Positions 25,342 through 28,781 of a stretch of 28,781 nt of DNA are shown here, in pieces. The notes below the pieces were generated by a model. It had not been told where the DNA came from and made no database searches. It worked only from the letters and a program-made list of their open reading frames with translations. The DNA lies in assembly GCA_039715015.1 (NCBI GenBank), contig JBDLIE010000032.1, positions 1 to 28,781 on the forward strand. The letters run 5' to 3'. Within the stretch, counting starts at the first letter, position 1, and each line of letters begins with the position of its first letter. Both the position numbers and the translations under genes were made by a program. This DNA comes from Thermodesulfobacteriota bacterium. Its GTDB lineage: Bacteria > Desulfobacterota > Desulfobulbia > Desulfobulbales > SURF-16.

Positions 25342-27450
25342 ATGGATAGCCATCAAAAAGCATTTCTGGAAGAGGCCCATGAGCTTCTTGCTGAACTTGA
25401 GGTCTCTCTACTGGAGCTTGAGGAGACCCCTGACGACATGGAGCTGGTTGGCCGTGTTTTCAGGGCCATGCATACCATCAAGGGCTCAGGGGCAATGTTC
25501 GGTTTCGATGCTGTCGCTGAATTCACCCATGAGGTTGAAACGGTTTTTGATCTGGTCCGGGACAACAAGGTGGCGGTGACCCAGGAGCTTATTAATCTAA
25601 CCCTCTCTGCCCGTGATCAAATCATGGGGATGCTCAGTGGCCAAGGGGCCGGCAACCAACAGCAGGCCCAAGAAATTATTGCCGCCCTCAAGGCATTGAT
25701 CCCTGCTGCCCAGGTTGAGGACAAGGAATCAGCCGCGGAGGCCGGCCCTCCGGAGAACGTTTCGCCCTCTCTGCCAGCCGAGGAGGCGTCTACCTACCGT
25801 ATCCGTTTCGAACCGTCCGTTGATATCTTTACAACCGGCACCAATCCTCTCCTCCTGCTTGACGAGTTACGAGAACTTGGCGACTGCGATATTGTCGCCT
25901 TCATCAACAACATCCCTGACCTGGAAGAGTATCAGCCTGAGGCCTGCTACACCTCCTGGAACATCACCCTCACCACCAGCCAGGGGATCAATAGCATAAA
26001 AGACGTCTTTATCTTTGTTGAGGATGATTGCGCCCTTGATATTCAGATCATTGCGGAGCCGGGCCTGGCGAAAGAGGAGGAGGGGGGGAAAAAACTTGGC
26101 GAGATTCTGGTTGAGCGTGGTGATATCAGCGCCGCTGATCTCCAAAAAGGCCTTGCCAGCCAAAAACGGATCGGCGAGGTCTTGGCTGAGTCCATGGGGG
26201 TGGATAATTGTGCCATCAGCGCCGCCCTTGCTGAGCAGAAGCATATCAAACGTATCCAGCAAAAAAAACAACAACCGGCAGCGGTGTCAAGCATCAGGGT
26301 TGATGCCGGTAAACTGGACAGCCTGGTGGACCTGGTGGGTGAGCTGGTTACGGTCCAGGCCCGCCTCAACCAGAAGGCCTCCTCCCAGGGTGACGGTGAG
26401 CTTCTGGCCATTGCCGAAGAGGTGGCCCGCCTCAGCGAAGAGTTACGGGACAATACCATGGGTATCCGGATGCTGCCCATCGGCACCACATTCAACAAGT
26501 TCAGACGGCTTGTCCGCGACCTCTCCAATGAATTGGGCAAAGAGATCGTCTTAAGCACCGATGGCGCCGAGACTGAACTGGACAAGACGGTGATTGATCA
26601 ACTCAATGACCCCATGGTCCACCTTATTCGCAACTCCATTGATCATGGTATTGAATTGCCAGGGGTCAGGCAGGCTGCAGGTAAAGAGCCACAGGGACGC
26701 GTGCACTTGTCGGCCAGGCATTCCAGCGGTTATGTCCTTGTCGAGATCTCTGACGACGGCGCCGGCCTTGATCCAGAGGTGTTGCGGGCCAAGGCCATAG
26801 ACAAGGGGCTCCTTGCCCCTGGTGCCAGCCCCACGGACCAGGAGATCTTTGCCCTCCTCTTTGCGCCGGGATTTTCAACGGCCAAGACCATTAGCGATGT
26901 CTCAGGCCGCGGGGTGGGGATGGATGTGGTGAAACGGGGCATTGAGGACCTGCGCGGCACCATTGAAATCAGCAGTAAAAAAGGTTCCAGCACATCAATT
27001 ATCCTCAAGCTCCCCTTAACACTGGCCATTATCGACGGTCTGCTGGTGAAAATTGGCGAAGACCATTTCGTCATGCCCCTTGCCGCCGTTGAAGAGTGTA
27101 TTGAACTGAGTGGCGATGAGGCCATCCAGGCCAGGAACCGCAACATGATAGACTTCCGGGGCAAGACGCTCTCCTATCTCTGCCTGCGGGAGCGTTTCAA
27201 GGTCGGCGGGGAACTCCCTGCTGTGGAGAAGATTGTCATTACCGAAGTAAACGGCTTGCAGGTCGGTCTGGCCGTGGATCAGGTCATTGGCCAGCACCAG
27301 ACGGTGATCAAGTCGCTCAGCGAGGTGTATGAAGGGGTGAAGGGTTTTTCAGGGGCAACCATCCTCGGCGACGGAACCGTGGCCCTGATCTTGGATATCA
27401 ATATGCTTGTCCAGTCGATGGTGCAGGGCCCCTTACCTGGGCAGGGGTGA
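25342..27450 (+). CDS. cheA: Chemotaxis histidine kinase CheA
   Basis: Hpt FRAMHTIKG, P2-like region, SIRV..LD.LVDLVGELV dimerisation region, HLIRNSIDHG, SGRGVGMDVV and a C-terminal CheW-like domain. Confidence 0.97.
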   Translation: MDSHQKAFLEEAHELLAELEVSLLELEETPDDMELVGRVFRAMHTIKGSGAMFGFDAVAEFTHEVETVFDLVRDNKVAVTQELINLTLSARDQIMGMLSGQGAGNQQQAQEIIAALKALIPAAQVEDKESAAEAGPPENVSPSLPAEEASTYRIRFEPSVDIFTTGTNPLLLLDELRELGDCDIVAFINNIPDLEEYQPEACYTSWNITLTTSQGINSIKDVFIFVEDDCALDIQIIAEPGLAKEEEGGKKLGEILVERGDISAADLQKGLASQKRIGEVLAESMGVDNCAISAALAEQKHIKRIQQKKQQPAAVSSIRVDAGKLDSLVDLVGELVTVQARLNQKASSQGDGELLAIAEEVARLSEELRDNTMGIRMLPIGTTFNKFRRLVRDLSNELGKEIVLSTDGAETELDKTVIDQLNDPMVHLIRNSIDHGIELPGVRQAAGKEPQGRVHLSARHSSGYVLVEISDDGAGLDPEVLRAKAIDKGLLAPGASPTDQEIFALLFAPGFSTAKTISDVSGRGVGMDVVKRGIEDLRGTIEISSKKGSSTSIILKLPLTLAIIDGLLVKIGEDHFVMPLAAVEECIELSGDEAIQARNRNMIDFRGKTLSYLCLRERFKVGGELPAVEKIVITEVNGLQVGLAVDQVIGQHQTVIKSLSEVYEGVKGFSGATILGDGTVALILDINMLVQSMVQGPLPGQG

Positions 27451-27464
27451 AAAGGCGTTAGAAG

Positions 27465-28529
27465 ATGGCAAAAATCAAGGTCCTTATAGTTGATGATTCC
27501 TCGGTGGTCCGCCAGACCCTGCAGGAAATTCTCTCCTCTGATCCGCAGATTGAGGTGATGGCCACGGCCATGGATCCCTTTGTCGCCGTAGAAAAAATTA
27601 AGGATGAAGTCCCTGATGTGATCACCCTTGATGTGGAAATGCCACGGATGGACGGCATCACCTTTCTCCAAAAAATCATGAACCAGCGCCCCATTCCCGT
27701 GGTTATCTGCTCGACCTTGACCGAAAAGGGTTCGGAGACCGCCCTCAAGGCCCTTGAATATGGCGCTGTTGAGATCATCCTCAAGCCAAAGCTGGGAACC
27801 AAGCAATTTCTGGAGGAATCCAGGGTGCGTATCTGTGACTCGGTAAAGGCGGCCAGTAAGGTCAGGGTAAAGCCGGTTGCCAAGAGAAGAAAGGTGGCGC
27901 CCAAACTATCTGCCGACGCCATTATTGCCAAGCCAACCTCCAGGGCCATGGCAAAAACCACGGAAACAGTGGTGGTGGTCGGTGCTTCCACTGGCGGCAC
28001 AGAGGCCCTGCGCGTCTTTCTTGAAGATCTGCCTGAGAATTCCCCAGGCATCGTCATTGTCCAACACATGCCGGAAAATTTCACTGCCGCTTTTGCCAGT
28101 CGGCTCAATGGAATATGCCGCGTCTCGGTTAAGGAAGCGGCGCATAATGATACCGTTTTCAGCGGCCGGGCCCTTATTGCCCCCGGCAACCGGCACCTCT
28201 TACTGAAAAGAAGCGGCGCTCGTTATTATGTGGAGTTAAAAGATGGTCCCCTGGTTTCCAGGCACCGGCCATCTGTGGATGTTCTTTTTCGTTCTGCCGC
28301 CCGCTATGCCGGCCCAAATGCCTTGGGCGTCATCCTAACCGGCATGGGCGATGACGGCGCTCAGGGCATGCTGGAGATGAAAAAGGCAGGGGCATTATTA
28401 AATATTGCCCAGGATGAGGCGAGCTCAGTGGTCTTTGGTATGCCTCAGGAGGCCATTAAACAGGGCGGGGTGGATAGCGTTCTTTCCCTGGAGACAATTG
28501 CCAGAACAATTTTAAAACAGTGTGCATGA
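27465..28529 (+). CDS. cheB: Protein-glutamate methylesterase/response regulator CheB
   Basis: Receiver domain plus catalytic GASTGG, QHMP and LTGMGDDG motifs. Confidence 0.97.
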   Translation: MAKIKVLIVDDSSVVRQTLQEILSSDPQIEVMATAMDPFVAVEKIKDEVPDVITLDVEMPRMDGITFLQKIMNQRPIPVVICSTLTEKGSETALKALEYGAVEIILKPKLGTKQFLEESRVRICDSVKAASKVRVKPVAKRRKVAPKLSADAIIAKPTSRAMAKTTETVVVVGASTGGTEALRVFLEDLPENSPGIVIVQHMPENFTAAFASRLNGICRVSVKEAAHNDTVFSGRALIAPGNRHLLLKRSGARYYVELKDGPLVSRHRPSVDVLFRSAARYAGPNALGVILTGMGDDGAQGMLEMKKAGALLNIAQDEASSVVFGMPQEAIKQGGVDSVLSLETIARTILKQCA

Positions 28530-28642
28530 TGAGGAGCGGCATTGGCCTCAAGGCAAGAGAAATCAAAGGATTCTGAGGCGCCGTCATCCATCGCTGATGC
28601 GATGGCGCCTTGGGCATGGATACAATTTTCAGTGTGTGAAGT

Positions 28643-28687
28643 AAAAAAAAGAGGTTCTTCACGGATTACCGTGGAACTTCTGGTTTT
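28643..28687. terminator. Possible bidirectional terminator downstream of cheB
   Basis: 12-bp stem with a 2-nt bulge (GAGGTTC-TT-CACGG / CCGTGGAACTTC, loop ATTA; 28651-28680), preceded by A8 and followed by TGGTTTT. Confidence 0.45.
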
Positions 28688-28781
28688 AGATGTTTTGGTT
28701 TTGCCTTCCCCCCATTCAGCCCTGAACGAGCAGGGAGCTGGGCAAGGGAAAAGCATTGTGGACTGTCTGAGCGAATGCGAG

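Noticed and set aside
1..28781. CRISPR arrays, tRNA/rRNA genes, transposases, integrases and defence systems
   Set aside because: No regularly spaced repeats, RNA-gene signatures or matching protein motifs were seen.

Overview
A signal-transduction-rich chromosomal window. Gene content and style suggest an anaerobic deltaproteobacterium (Desulfobacterota, possibly Desulfobulbales); this is inference, not directly shown. Left end: a 5'-truncated spondin-like PEP-CTERM protein, a lone phage-antirepressor-type C-terminal domain, a TIGR00266/AIM24 protein and a rubredoxin-like protein. Next is a minus-strand run: membrane polyferredoxin, B12-binding radical SAM enzyme, and two binding-protein + hybrid histidine kinase pairs with no ABC transporter genes. 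An isolated GH13 enzyme follows. On the plus strand come two hybrid kinases, a sigma54 (NtrC-family) activator and an orphan HATPase fragment. A consensus sigma54 promoter with three GACAT-N4-GTCGC boxes then precedes a chemosensory operon: REC protein, soluble two-tip MCP-like protein with a CheZ-like DxxxQ motif, STAS, cheY, cheA with a tandem MshEN-like motif, and cheB, with no cheW, cheR or cheD in the window. The strongest candidates for new biology are this sigma54-driven chemosensory module and the AioX-like binding-protein/kinase cassette next to the radical SAM gene. I found no rRNA, tRNA, CRISPR array or intact mobile element.
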